Of a DNA stretch of 64,000 bases, positions 9,419 through 18,540 are shown in pieces (the first letter of the stretch is position 1; the number at the start of each line of letters is the position of its first letter). Location: positions 8,070-72,069 of the forward strand of contig CAZZAT010000001.1 in assembly GCA_964652615.1 (NCBI GenBank). Reading direction: 5' to 3'. The stretch comes from an uncultured Candidatus Saccharibacteria bacterium (lineage in GTDB: Bacteria > Patescibacteriota > Minisyncoccia > Phycocordibacterales > Phycocordibacteraceae). The notes below the pieces were generated by a model. The model was not told the origin of the DNA, ran no database searches, and saw nothing but the letters and a program-made list of their open reading frames with translations. The position numbers were made by a program, and so were the translations under genes.

Positions 9419-11079
9419 GAAGCACCTGCATAGAGGGCGCGTGCAAGCTTCAGTTCTTCAAATGTGTAGCGACGCTTTAAATGGGAGAAGACTGGCGCAA
9501 GGCGCTCGCTCCCAAGCTCATCAAAGGCCGCGTGAATTTTAGGAAGCGCGTCTTCAAGGCGTCCTGAAGCATAGGAAAGCACATCATCATCGGAGAGTCT
9601 CCCTTCTTTTCGCAGCTTTTCTATATGCGAAACGATGGTGCCAAGCACAACACCGCGCTCTTTTGCCACCTCCTGAAGCGACTTTCCTTCTTGTAAGAGA
9701 GCGAGTGTTGCTTCATAGGTGCTTTGCACTTCTTTTGGCACTTCGCTTGGTGTAAGCGAGCCGCCTGAAGCGCGTATAAAGTTTTCTTCAAGCTTTTCGC
9801 GCTCCCCTGACTCTTCAAGCGCATTGAAAGCGTTTGCAGCAGCTACGGATGCACGGCGAAAGCGCGCATCTTCTCCGAGCACTTCAGGGTGTACGAGAAG
9901 CGCCTGCTCGCTCCAGCCAAGAAGGTGGAGTCCTTGTAATGTGCGCAGTCGTGAAAGCGCCACATATCCCTGCCCGTATTCAAAGGCACGTGAAAGATCC
10001 ATAGCAGCAGCATCCAAGGACTGTCCTTGGCTTTTGTGTATCGTAAGCGCCCACGCAAGGCGAAGCGGTATTTGCTCGACACGCGCACGCACCTTTCCTC
10101 CTTCCTCAAGCGCCCATTCGCTAGGAATGGCAGGTATTTCTCGCCCATCTTGAAGAAGAACGATGGGGTGGCCTGTGCCGCGTTCAAAGCGCTCCACCTT
10201 TCCCAAGGTTCCATTTTGATATCCCCCTTGCGGATTGTTTTTGGTAAACATGACAATGGCTCCTTCTTTGAGTTCGAGCTTCTCGGGAGACAAGCAGCCG
10301 CGCTTCAAAGACTCAATTAAGGGCGGCGCCCCTGTTGCGCTCATGAGAAAAGGCTTTGCATATCCCGGAAGCGCAGCGAGTTGCTCTGCGTTCTCTTTAT
10401 CAACATCCGCGTTGTGCGTATACAAACGCGGTATGCCTTCAGGAATACCATCACTCTCCATTTCGCGCTCGAGAATACGGGAGACGTCTTCTGCTTCACA
10501 GACATTCTTACGGATATTTGAGAGCACACGGCCAAGGACTTCGTCCTCGAGCCGATACTGTTCATGCAGATACAACGGGAGGGGATTAAGAGCGCGCCAT
10601 GCCTCTGATTGAAAAGCAAACGCAACCTCTCTCCCTCCCTTTGCCACCGGAGGGAGCTGAAAGAAATCTCCGACAAGCACCACTTGCAAGCCGCCAAAGG
10701 CTCTCTCGCTTCCTCTCGTTTCTTGCAGGATGCGATTCACTAGTTCAAGCACATTTCCTGAAAGCATGGAGACTTCATCAATGATGAGTACGCTTGCCTT
10801 TTGATGGCGCCGCACGAGATGTTCTTTGCTTGAAATAGCATCAAGGTCGCTTGCAGAGAGGTAATCACGAATACCAAGCCCGCTCCAAGCGTGAATGGTC
10901 ATGCCGCCCACATGCGTTGCAGCTATTCCTGTTGAGGCGGTAATAGCAGGCTCAATGCCGCGCTCGCGCAGCCAGCGTATATAGGCATTCACCGTATGTG
11001 TCTTTCCGGAACCTGGCTCTCCGGTCAAAAAAGCATTGGCTCCTGTCTGCAGTATGCGTAGCGCTTCTCCTTGAGTCAT
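9415..11079 (-). CDS. PIF1/RecD-family DNA helicase with a C-terminal HTH-like extension
   Basis: Walker A FLTGEPGSGKTH, Walker B LIIDEVSM, and ALTIHKSQGQSLD, which is the PIF1/RecD2 motif pattern. The C-terminal ~100 aa are an extra helical domain. Confidence 0.7.
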   Translation of the reverse strand: MTQGEALRILQTGANAFLTGEPGSGKTHTVNAYIRWLRERGIEPAITASTGIAATHVGGMTIHAWSGLGIRDYLSASDLDAISSKEHLVRRHQKASVLIIDEVSMLSGNVLELVNRILQETRGSERAFGGLQVVLVGDFFQLPPVAKGGREVAFAFQSEAWRALNPLPLYLHEQYRLEDEVLGRVLSNIRKNVCEAEDVSRILEREMESDGIPEGIPRLYTHNADVDKENAEQLAALPGYAKPFLMSATGAPPLIESLKRGCLSPEKLELKEGAIVMFTKNNPQGGYQNGTLGKVERFERGTGHPIVLLQDGREIPAIPSEWALEEGGKVRARVEQIPLRLAWALTIHKSQGQSLDAAAMDLSRAFEYGQGYVALSRLRTLQGLHLLGWSEQALLVHPEVLGEDARFRRASVAAANAFNALEESGEREKLEENFIRASGGSLTPSEVPKEVQSTYEATLALLQEGKSLQEVAKERGVVLGTIVSHIEKLRKEGRLSDDDVLSYASGRLEDALPKIHAAFDELGSERLAPVFSHLKRRYTFEELKLARALYAGAS

Positions 11080-11132
11080 GAGAGAGAAATTGTACCAAAA
11101 TGGTTATCCACCATGAGCACACATATTTGATG

Positions 11133-11156
11133 GTTGTCTGGGACACTGTTGGAACC
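11133..11156 (+). promoter_or_regulatory. Copy b of recurrent motif (GTTGTCTGGGACACTGTTGGAACC)
   Basis: In the divergent region between the PIF1 helicase (-) and a small + ORF, about 50 nt upstream of the ATG at 11205. Followed by TTTTCACAACATGTGGTACTTTTTTCTAGAGTTAGAAGGAGG, which includes an SD. Confidence 0.45.
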
Positions 11157-11204
11157 TTTTCACAACATGTGGTACTTTTTTCTAGAGTTAGAAGGAGGTT
11201 CATT

Positions 11205-11450
11205 ATGAACATTGTGCAAGTTGCTCGTTTCTTTGAAGCTGTTCGAAGAGAAGGTTCTGTCGCCGTGTCTAAAGAATGCCCGAGTCTTACGGAAGGAAAC
11301 TTCCTTAAATTCGATAAGTTTGGACACCTTTGCGCTGACGCAGGATCGCTCGCCTTGCTTTTTTCCGGCTTGGCAGACCCTAATACAAAGGGTGTTGAAG
11401 AGACTGTGCGCAACGAAATGATAGCGTTCGGTGAACGCTACGTTCGATGA
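11205..11450 (+). CDS. Small hypothetical protein (81 aa)
   Basis: ATG preceded by AGGAGG at -12, directly downstream of motif copy b. The track ORF start at 11100 is upstream read-through across the motif. Confidence 0.4.
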   Translation: MNIVQVARFFEAVRREGSVAVSKECPSLTEGNFLKFDKFGHLCADAGSLALLFSGLADPNTKGVEETVRNEMIAFGERYVR

Positions 11451-11520
11451 AGAAACGAAACCGCTCCAGAGATGGGGCGGTTTCTTGCTGGCAGCTTGGG
11501 ACGAAGTTAGAACTTTACTC

Positions 11521-11952
11521 TTAGCCTTTCAGGTTGAGCGGAGTTTGTACCTCGTCAATTGGTACCTTAAACAAATCTCTGCTTTCTAGCCTTATTTGAG
11601 CACCTCCAACAAGAGCTGCTAGTAGAAAAGAGGCAATAGCCCATCTCATCGCATTGCGCGAATTTTCCCTCGCCTCTTGTAGTTCAAGGTAGTCTATGTA
11701 CGTTGATGCTCCAGAGCCGGAAAGAAAATATCTGTGTTCTCCGTCTCCTTTGTGGTGCGAACCTAGATGAGCGATCAAGGGAGGGTCTCCTTGGATTTCT
11801 CCCATCATGAATCGCTGAATCCAAGTCCACTCCTCATCATCATTAGCGCATGCCGCTTGAAGCTCGCTCATGGTAAAACCAACCGACCCGCGGTCAGACG
11901 CCCACTTAAGGACACGAGTGAATAAGTATTTATCCTTTGAATTGTTGCGCAT
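11521..11952 (-). CDS. Hypothetical protein with C-terminal TM segment (143 aa)
   Basis: ORF only; hydrophobic stretch AIASFLLAALVGGAQI near the C-terminus. Confidence 0.4.
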   Translation of the reverse strand: MRNNSKDKYLFTRVLKWASDRGSVGFTMSELQAACANDDEEWTWIQRFMMGEIQGDPPLIAHLGSHHKGDGEHRYFLSGSGASTYIDYLELQEARENSRNAMRWAIASFLLAALVGGAQIRLESRDLFKVPIDEVQTPLNLKG

Positions 11953-11980
11953 GATTATTTGGAGCGATACTAAAACCTTA

Positions 11981-12319
11981 CTACTTGTTGAGTAGCTCTG
12001 CTGCCTTCCCGAATATTTTATCTATTCCTACGGTTAGGTTTTTTATAAGATAAGGAAACCAGCCAAAAACACATGTACTCACGATGAGTAGAAGAAGCAG
12101 ATCAATGAAACTCGCCTCGTCTCCTAAAACAAGCAAAGGAATACGTACTGAAATCAAGTAATAAAGTACGCTCCCTCCTATAAGAAACCCAGCAAAATGA
12201 TTTAGGCGTTCGTTGATTTTATGTACCGTCGTCCCTTCTTTTTGTGCGGCTTCATACTTCAACATTCCGAGCATTAAACTCGCACCGAGAATAATTAACC
12301 AAATGAATGAGTCGTTCAT
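11981..12319 (-). CDS. Small integral membrane protein (112 aa)
   Basis: Three hydrophobic segments; no motif recognised. Confidence 0.4.
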   Translation of the reverse strand: MNDSFIWLIILGASLMLGMLKYEAAQKEGTTVHKINERLNHFAGFLIGGSVLYYLISVRIPLLVLGDEASFIDLLLLLIVSTCVFGWFPYLIKNLTVGIDKIFGKAAELLNK

Positions 12320-12379
12320 GTAAATTATTCTGTGCTTATATCGAAGAATTGCAACTGGCTGACATCCTAGAACTCGAAC

Positions 12380-12832
12380 CTACCTCTTCACTAACCCCAG
12401 AAGCTCCTTTCTCCGCACGAAAACCAACACTAAGCTCGACACCCATACTAGGCATGCCGCCACAAAAAGTCCTCCACCATCGTTATTTGGATCAGTTCCA
12501 AGTGGTGTAAAGAGGTGAAAGAATACCGCTCCGGTCATAATGCCAAATGCAAGAAGAGCACCAAAACCCTGAAGCTTGCGTAGTGCAGGAATGATACCAA
12601 GCAGAAGAAGTGCCGAGGCAACCAATTCTACAGAACCAATGACATAGGGACTAAAGAGACCACTTGATGAGAAGAGTCCAGGAGTTCCAAGCGTGCCCGC
12701 CCAGTCATTTAAGATGCCGAAGATGTTCTCGGTATTTGGATGATTCGTAAACTTAAAACGAAGAGAGTCTACGAACACTGCGGCAATGAAGAGTGCAAGT
12801 GCATGCGGGATATACGAGAGGATTCTTTTCAT
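12380..12832 (-). CDS. DoxX-family membrane protein (putative)
   Basis: Four-TM, 150 aa protein with DoxX-like hydrophobicity and Gly-rich loops. Family assignment is by resemblance only. Confidence 0.45.
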   Translation of the reverse strand: MKRILSYIPHALALFIAAVFVDSLRFKFTNHPNTENIFGILNDWAGTLGTPGLFSSSGLFSPYVIGSVELVASALLLLGIIPALRKLQGFGALLAFGIMTGAVFFHLFTPLGTDPNNDGGGLFVAACLVWVSSLVLVFVRRKELLGLVKR

Positions 12833-12835
12833 ATA

Positions 12836-13189
12836 TTAGGTAGTTCTGCGTTCTGGTCGGTTCAACACAGCGAGCGCAAGCGCAGCGAGTGCGATTGGAA
12901 CATCGCGGAACAGCACTTGGAAGTCGCCAAGGTTCAAGATAACGATAAGGGCGAGCATGCCTGATGCAACAAGCGAGGGATAGAAGAGGCGCTTCCCTGA
13001 GAGAATCCAGAGACCAATGACAATCTCTATGGCGCCGAAGATGTGCAGCAATACCATTTCAGGACCAAGATCACGGACAAAGCTTGGGAAATACCCTACC
13101 CACGCATACGGATCTATAAACGCGTTAATGGGCGGATACAAGAACGCAAACGCAACGCCAAGACGAAGAAGGAGTTGTGCGGTTCTCAT
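12836..13189 (-). CDS. Small membrane protein (117 aa), possibly DoxX-like
   Basis: Multi-TM ORF immediately upstream of the DoxX-like gene. Confidence 0.4.
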   Translation of the reverse strand: MRTAQLLLRLGVAFAFLYPPINAFIDPYAWVGYFPSFVRDLGPEMVLLHIFGAIEIVIGLWILSGKRLFYPSLVASGMLALIVILNLGDFQVLFRDVPIALAALALAVLNRPERRTT

Positions 13190-13192
13190 ACG

Positions 13193-13678
13193 CTACTCAA
13201 CAACAATGGTTCCGTGATGATCAGACTCGCGATGGTTGTGGTACCCCCATATACCCTCTTTCGTAAAAGTGAAGGAATAGGTGCTACCTACGCCGCACTG
13301 ATCAAACGAGGTGGCGCTTGGCGCACCATTTACACAATGCTCATCTTTGTTTGTGCCCGAATACTGCGTATGAGTTGGATGCTCATCAGAGCCTACCCAC
13401 ATCTCTTCAGTACCTTGGTTGATAAACGTGACGGTTGCTCCAAGCGGAACAGAGAGGGATTCAGGAGAGAACCCTGCTGACGTGTAGCGAACGGTGTACG
13501 CAGAAGAAGATTCTCCTGCAGCAGCTCCGTCTTTCGAGTCATCAACGAATTCTTCGTTCTCTCCGGCAACTTCAGGAACCGGCGCTTCAAGAACAGCTTC
13601 CTGTGCGCTATACCACCACCAACCAAGCGCTCCGAGAATAATGACTGCCAAGAGAATCCAAATAGGGGTTGTTTTCAT
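13193..13678 (-). CDS. Secreted/anchored protein with a His- and Cys-containing C-terminal domain
   Basis: N-terminal signal anchor (ILLAVIILGALGWWWY). The C-terminal region has EHPTHTQY...HCVNG...CGVG...GYHNHRESDHHG, which may bind metal. A cupredoxin-like fold is only a guess. Confidence 0.35.
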   Translation of the reverse strand: MKTTPIWILLAVIILGALGWWWYSAQEAVLEAPVPEVAGENEEFVDDSKDGAAAGESSSAYTVRYTSAGFSPESLSVPLGATVTFINQGTEEMWVGSDEHPTHTQYSGTNKDEHCVNGAPSATSFDQCGVGSTYSFTFTKEGIWGYHNHRESDHHGTIVVE

Positions 13679-13805
13679 ATGCGTTCGCGTTATGCGAATA
13701 ATGTACCTCTAGTATACCATTCCCCATTTTTGTTTAGACATTTCTTGAAAGAGGAGCATACTCATCTGTAATGTCGCGCTTTGTGGCAGCGTACCGTAGG
13801 AGAGC

Positions 13806-14180
13806 GTGATGCGTGCATTCCTGATGCTCCTGTGTCTTCTCGCGTTTAGCACGAACACAAGAGCGCAAACGATTGAACTTCAATATGAGCTGCCGTACGT
13901 CGGCCTTGTCTGCGAAAGCGAACAGATGGCGCAGGTGCTCGGCACTCTTTTTGAACGAGGAGGTGCAGACGCGTTCATTGAAGCTGGAGCGTATGCAGCC
14001 GCCATGCGCAAAGGCAACTGTCGCATATATGAGACATACCGCATACGCCGTGAGGTGCCCTCTGAAATAGTGGCGCAGTGGCACAATGGCACTGTCGGAC
14101 TCATTCTCGTGCGCTCAACAACCGAAAGCGAGGGACGGAGCATGACGCTCTATAGCTTCTCTCCTGTTCCTTCCACCTGA
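13806..14180 (+). CDS. Secreted hypothetical protein (124 aa)
   Basis: Signal peptide MMRAFLMLLCLLAFSTNTRAQT. Confidence 0.4.
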   Translation: MMRAFLMLLCLLAFSTNTRAQTIELQYELPYVGLVCESEQMAQVLGTLFERGGADAFIEAGAYAAAMRKGNCRIYETYRIRREVPSEIVAQWHNGTVGLILVRSTTESEGRSMTLYSFSPVPST

Positions 14181-14239
14181 AATACAACGGGCGGGAAAGC
14201 ACTGCTTTCCCGCCCGTTTGTCGTATCTACCGCTATGCC

Positions 14240-14779
14240 CTAGTTAGGCATCGGAATATTTGGCATGCCGTTTGCACCAAGCTCCATGAAGGTAACGTCT
14301 GCTGGAGGAGTAAACAGAGACGCATCAGCTACCCACGGTGCGCATGAGTATTCGACGCGCGAGTCATAATCAACACCGCCTGAAGCAGAAGTACTTGTTT
14401 CCTGTCCTTCAGGAATAAGAATCTTCATGCCCTGCGGATACATATCCGACCAAGTGTACGCATAGCCATCAGCCTGAATCATGTGAGAAGTTACTGGCTG
14501 TCCTGTAGCAGCTGGCGTTGACGTAAAGTCTGCGCGAATTTTGCCGCCTGAAATGTAGGCAACGCCTTCTGAAGGAGCTTCTTCAACAGACATTGATACT
14601 TCGCACTTCCAGCTGCCTGCGCGCGCGATAAGGTCAGCAAATGTTGCTGCACCACTTGCGCCTTCCTGCGCTTCGTTTTCAGTACCGGTTTGGCTTCCTC
14701 CAGAACTCGAGAAGTACCAAACGCCTCCCCCTACAATAATGACTGCTGCAATAAGTCCGAGAACTGCTTTCGTACTCAT
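14240..14779 (-). CDS. Membrane-anchored secreted hypothetical protein (179 aa)
   Basis: N-terminal TM anchor followed by a Ser/Gly/Thr-rich linker. Confidence 0.45.
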   Translation of the reverse strand: MSTKAVLGLIAAVIIVGGGVWYFSSSGGSQTGTENEAQEGASGAATFADLIARAGSWKCEVSMSVEEAPSEGVAYISGGKIRADFTSTPAATGQPVTSHMIQADGYAYTWSDMYPQGMKILIPEGQETSTSASGGVDYDSRVEYSCAPWVADASLFTPPADVTFMELGANGMPNIPMPN

Positions 14780-14858
14780 GAATATTCTGCTATGTGGTAA
14801 TGCCTAAGAGTATAGCAAAAGGAACAGCCGGACCTTTGAGAAAGGGTCCGGCTGCTTT

Positions 14859-15236
14859 TTAGTAACGCTTTGGCTTGGTTCTTGGCCAAAGGAGATAGGC
14901 AAGACCAAGCGTTCCAATCACGAGCGCTATGAGCCCGTATTTCTCCCTTTCGGCACGCACCAAAATCATGCGCCACGGTGAAGGCTCAATAAAAAGCACA
15001 TCACTTACGGGCGGCTCAGAGGGCGCGACTTCGACAACCTCAACGGGTAAGGCAGGGGTTGCTTCGCGCACTTCCGGTTCTTGCGCCTCCAGTGTTTCTT
15101 CTGCAGGCACTTCCTCTTCGAGCACTTCATCAAGCGTCACCTGCGGCGTTTGCGCTGGCTCGGGCTTTGCCTCAACAGCAAACCCGAGCACAAAACATGC
15201 AACAGGAACGAGAATGAACAGATGCCATACTTTCAT
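14859..15236 (-). CDS. Acidic, Pro/Glu-rich protein with signal peptide and C-terminal TM plus basic tail
   Basis: Signal peptide, PE-rich low-complexity middle, and a C-terminal hydrophobic segment followed by RTKPKRY. Confidence 0.4.
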   Translation of the reverse strand: MKVWHLFILVPVACFVLGFAVEAKPEPAQTPQVTLDEVLEEEVPAEETLEAQEPEVREATPALPVEVVEVAPSEPPVSDVLFIEPSPWRMILVRAEREKYGLIALVIGTLGLAYLLWPRTKPKRY

Positions 15237-15304
15237 GGCTTTTCCCCAAAACGAGCGAGGGGAATCCTCGCGTATTCGTATAAAACTATGAGATTGACTT
15301 TATG

Positions 15305-16198
15305 TCAATTCCCTTCGTATGCAGCCCTCAATGCTACTACATCAAACTTCTTCATCTGAAGAAAAGCCTTCGTAACGCGAGCAACCTGTTCTTTGCTTCC
15401 CGTACGCATCATTTCGTCCATTTCCTTTGGCACTATCTGCCACGAGACGCCGTACTCGTCTTTAAGCCACCCGCACTGCTCCGCTTCTGGCACGGCTGAA
15501 AGCGCAGTCCAGTACCTATCAATCTCTTCTTGTGAGTCGCAGCGCACAATGAGCGACAGTGCTTCGGTAAACGTGAACTGATGCGAGAGCCCGCTATCAA
15601 GCGCCATGAAAGTGTGTCCAAAAAGAGTAAACTCTCCGTGCTTTATTGTTCCCACAGGATCCTTCTCGCTGTCGCCTTCTTCGTACCTGGCAGTGAAGGT
15701 AATGGCAGAGTCAGGAAAGAGCGAGGTGTATTTCTGCATCGCTTCTTCAGCTTTTCCGTGCACCGCTCCCGTGAACATAAACGAAGGAGAGACGCGATCT
15801 TTGACCATACTTTGGTCCTTAAAGAAGTTTAATTGCCACGAAACGCCATAACGGTCGTTGAGCCACACATACTTTGCTTCCCATGGATACCATTGAAGAG
15901 GCATGAGTGCCGTGCCTCCCTCAAGAAGCGTTGCTGCAAGACGGTCTATCTCCTCCTCTGAAACACACTGATATGAAAGAGAAATAGCAGGCGTGAAAGA
16001 AAAGAGAGGTCCTGCACTTATCGCATCAATCTGGTACCCCTGAATACTAAACGATACGACATCTACCGAACCTGAAGGAGTATCGGTGAGCACCGAGCTT
16101 TGAAGGATGTTTGAGTCTCCCCCAAAGAGAGACGTGTAGAAAGCGGCGGCTTCTTTTGCTTCTTTGTTGAACCAGAGGTGGGGGACTATTTTTTGCAT
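15305..16198 (-). CDS. VOC-superfamily protein with tandem PhnB-like domains
   Basis: N-terminus MQKIVPHLWFNKEAKEAAAFYTSLF is repeated later as LFPDSAITF...; this glyoxalase/PhnB-like signature is duplicated in one polypeptide. Confidence 0.55.
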   Translation of the reverse strand: MQKIVPHLWFNKEAKEAAAFYTSLFGGDSNILQSSVLTDTPSGSVDVVSFSIQGYQIDAISAGPLFSFTPAISLSYQCVSEEEIDRLAATLLEGGTALMPLQWYPWEAKYVWLNDRYGVSWQLNFFKDQSMVKDRVSPSFMFTGAVHGKAEEAMQKYTSLFPDSAITFTARYEEGDSEKDPVGTIKHGEFTLFGHTFMALDSGLSHQFTFTEALSLIVRCDSQEEIDRYWTALSAVPEAEQCGWLKDEYGVSWQIVPKEMDEMMRTGSKEQVARVTKAFLQMKKFDVVALRAAYEGN

Positions 16199-16220
16199 GT
16201 GTAAATTCTAACAAATTTTG

Positions 16221-16293
16221 CTGGGGAGCTAGGGCACGATCCTAGAGTCTTCTGCTTCAAAGGCAGACGTGTTACCAATTACACCACTCCCCA
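16221..16293 (-). tRNA. tRNA-Gln (anticodon UUG)
   Basis: Reverse complement UGGGGAG-UG-GUGU-AAUUGGUA-ACAC-G-UCUGC-CUUUGAA-GCAGA-AGACU-CUAGG-AUCGUGC-CCUAG-CUCCCCA-G. It folds as a cloverleaf with anticodon UUG. CCA is not encoded. Confidence 0.7.
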
Positions 16294-16319
16294 ATCCCCT
16301 CATCCTGCCCTCTAATCGA

Positions 16320-17225
16320 CTATGAATCAAGACCGCACACCTCCCTAAGAGCCTCTCTATCCTCCTGCGAAAGCGAAAGCTCTTCCCCTGCGTTAAAGGA
16401 ATACATGAGCGAATCAGGATTCTCTACATGGCCGATACCAAGCGCGTGGCCAAACTCATGGGAGAGCACTCGCTCTAGATCCGTAGTTTTAGAGAACTCA
16501 TACACGCTGATGCGCTTCCCCGATGCATCCTCTTGGTAGTCGCCTTGGTCAAAAGCATCTCCCGCATGCTCGTTATAGCGATCCACTTTTGCGTTCAGGC
16601 GCTTTCCAAACGCGTTTAGCGCATCAACAGCTTCATTGAGCTTCTGCGCAAGCGCATTAATCTCTGCAGCATCGTTGTTTATCTCCTCCTGCTCCTCTTC
16701 AAGCTCACGTCCCTCCCTTTGAAGGCGTTCATACTCTCCCGGAGGAGCACCTCCTTCGCTGTTGTATTTTTGCACTTCGGCTTCATACGCTCTCGCACGT
16801 CTTTCAAAAGCAGCTGCCTTTCGCTCATAGATTCTCTGGGCGAGGTGGTATGCGTCTGCAAGCGTCTCAAGCTCTGTCTTCTTTGCGTCATAGTCTGCTT
16901 GCTCGGAGTCTATCGCTTCGCCAAGCTCATTGGTCTGTTGCTCTTCGCTATACACTAAGGAGACGCGTATGCCTCCCTCTGAAGCAAATACAAACAAATC
17001 ACGTCCTGCAGCTTCCTCCCACAGCTTCTCTGCACGAAGGAGTGAAGCCTGAAGGGAAGCTCTCGACACGCCAAAGCGCTCATCAATGGCGTCAATCGAA
17101 TACGTAAGTGGCTTCTCGCATGCGGGCGTGAAATAGGAGACGGCATGCGGATATACGAGATACCCTGCTGTGCCTATAAGCACGAGCGCAACAAGAAGCT
17201 GGATTCCTTTTAGAAACGCATTCAT
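16320..17225 (-). CDS. Membrane-anchored metzincin-type zinc metalloprotease with long coiled-coil region
   Basis: HEFGHALGIGH...SLMY matches HExxHxxGxxH plus a Met-turn. N-terminal TM; the central ~150 aa are E/A/R-rich coiled coil. Confidence 0.6.
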   Translation of the reverse strand: MNAFLKGIQLLVALVLIGTAGYLVYPHAVSYFTPACEKPLTYSIDAIDERFGVSRASLQASLLRAEKLWEEAAGRDLFVFASEGGIRVSLVYSEEQQTNELGEAIDSEQADYDAKKTELETLADAYHLAQRIYERKAAAFERRARAYEAEVQKYNSEGGAPPGEYERLQREGRELEEEQEEINNDAAEINALAQKLNEAVDALNAFGKRLNAKVDRYNEHAGDAFDQGDYQEDASGKRISVYEFSKTTDLERVLSHEFGHALGIGHVENPDSLMYSFNAGEELSLSQEDREALREVCGLDS

Positions 17226-18250
17226 TCTCCGTAGAGCGCGATAACGGCAAGCTCAAGCGGCAGTACGCCAATAGGCGAGAAGCGCAGGCGTGCCGAAGCT
17301 TCAAGAAGCGCCTTCAAGGTGCGATGAGTAAGTTTCGATGCTGTATCGGAAGCTATGTGCGAAAGCGCCTCATATTCCTCTCCTACTTCCTCTTCAAGCT
17401 CTTTCTTTAATTCCGGAGCATGGCGAAGAAGAAGCGCTTGCCGCACGCGCTCAAGCGAAAGCGAAAGGAAAAGCTGCATATCGATATCTTCCTTGTGCGC
17501 ACGTGAAAGTACTGTGAGGGCCGCTTCGGCTTGGCCTTGGTGAAGCGCATCGATAAAAGACATAACAAGCTCGCTTCGAGGAGTGCCGGTTGCCTTCTCT
17601 GCTTCTGCACGCGATATCTTCGTGTCTTTTGATACGGAAAATACTTTCTCTAAAATGGAGAGGGAATCACGATACGAGCCGTCGGCAAGAAGAGCAACAA
17701 GATCTGCGACTCCTGCTTCAAGTGCGTAGCCTTCTTTTTTAGCAATGCTGCTAATCAGTTTTGCAAGGCCTGCGCGCGTAGGCTTTCGAAACTCATACAC
17801 CTGACAGCGGCTCTGCACCGTTTCAGGCACTTTGGAAAGCTCGGTAGTTGCAAGCACAAAGACAGCGTGGGAAGGCGGCTCTTCAAGTGTCTTCAAAAAT
17901 GCATTCCATGCACCCTTTGAGAGCATGTGCGCTTCATCGAGAATGTAGAGTTTTTTAGGGGAGTCAAAGGGAAGTGTGTAGATGTTTTCAGCAAGCGCGC
18001 GGATATCCTCAACGCTATTGTTTGAGGCCGCATCAATTTCGTACAGATCTTTATCGGATACGCCAAGTTCCCTCCCTAAAATGCGCGCAACGGAAGTCTT
18101 GCCGAGTCCGCGCGAACCCGAGAATAGGTACGCATGCCCTACCTTGCCCGCACCAAGCTGCTCGATAAGCGCTCCTACGATATGCTCCTGCCCCTCCACT
18201 TCTTTGAAGCTTTTCGGGCGGTATGAGCGATAGAGGGACTGATGTGCCAT
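17222..18250 (-). CDS. dnaX: DNA polymerase III subunit gamma/tau, short form
   Basis: YRPKSFKEVEGQEHIV...GKVGHAYLFSGSRGLGKTSVARILGREL, then Walker B YILDEAHMLS and sensor TTE..KV..TVQSRCQ. Confidence 0.75.
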   Translation of the reverse strand: MAHQSLYRSYRPKSFKEVEGQEHIVGALIEQLGAGKVGHAYLFSGSRGLGKTSVARILGRELGVSDKDLYEIDAASNNSVEDIRALAENIYTLPFDSPKKLYILDEAHMLSKGAWNAFLKTLEEPPSHAVFVLATTELSKVPETVQSRCQVYEFRKPTRAGLAKLISSIAKKEGYALEAGVADLVALLADGSYRDSLSILEKVFSVSKDTKISRAEAEKATGTPRSELVMSFIDALHQGQAEAALTVLSRAHKEDIDMQLFLSLSLERVRQALLLRHAPELKKELEEEVGEEYEALSHIASDTASKLTHRTLKALLEASARLRFSPIGVLPLELAVIALYGE

Positions 18251-18540
18251 TGCGGGCCTAGTATACCAAGAACGCGCTAGGGCCCGAAGGACCTAGCGCG
18301 CTGTTTATGCGTTCATAGCGATTTTACGGCGCGTTGCAAGGAGCGCATGCACGCGCCAAGAGCGGCGTTCCCACTTCTTGGCCGTACGTTTCTTGCCCTT
18401 AGCCAAGGCAGATCTCGCTCTCGCACTGCACTCATTCGCGTATTCCATCGCGCAAGCGACGTCTGAACGCAGGCTTGTGTGTCTTAAGAACGTTTGAAGT
18501 TCCTTTCGCAAACCCATGGACTCCTCCCTAAGAACGAAAT

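Noticed and set aside
18305-18517. 70 aa K/R-rich ORF in the dnaX-dus spacer
   Set aside because: Arg/Lys/Ala-rich composition typical of an ORF read through GC-rich structured non-coding DNA. No SD. Treated as non-coding.
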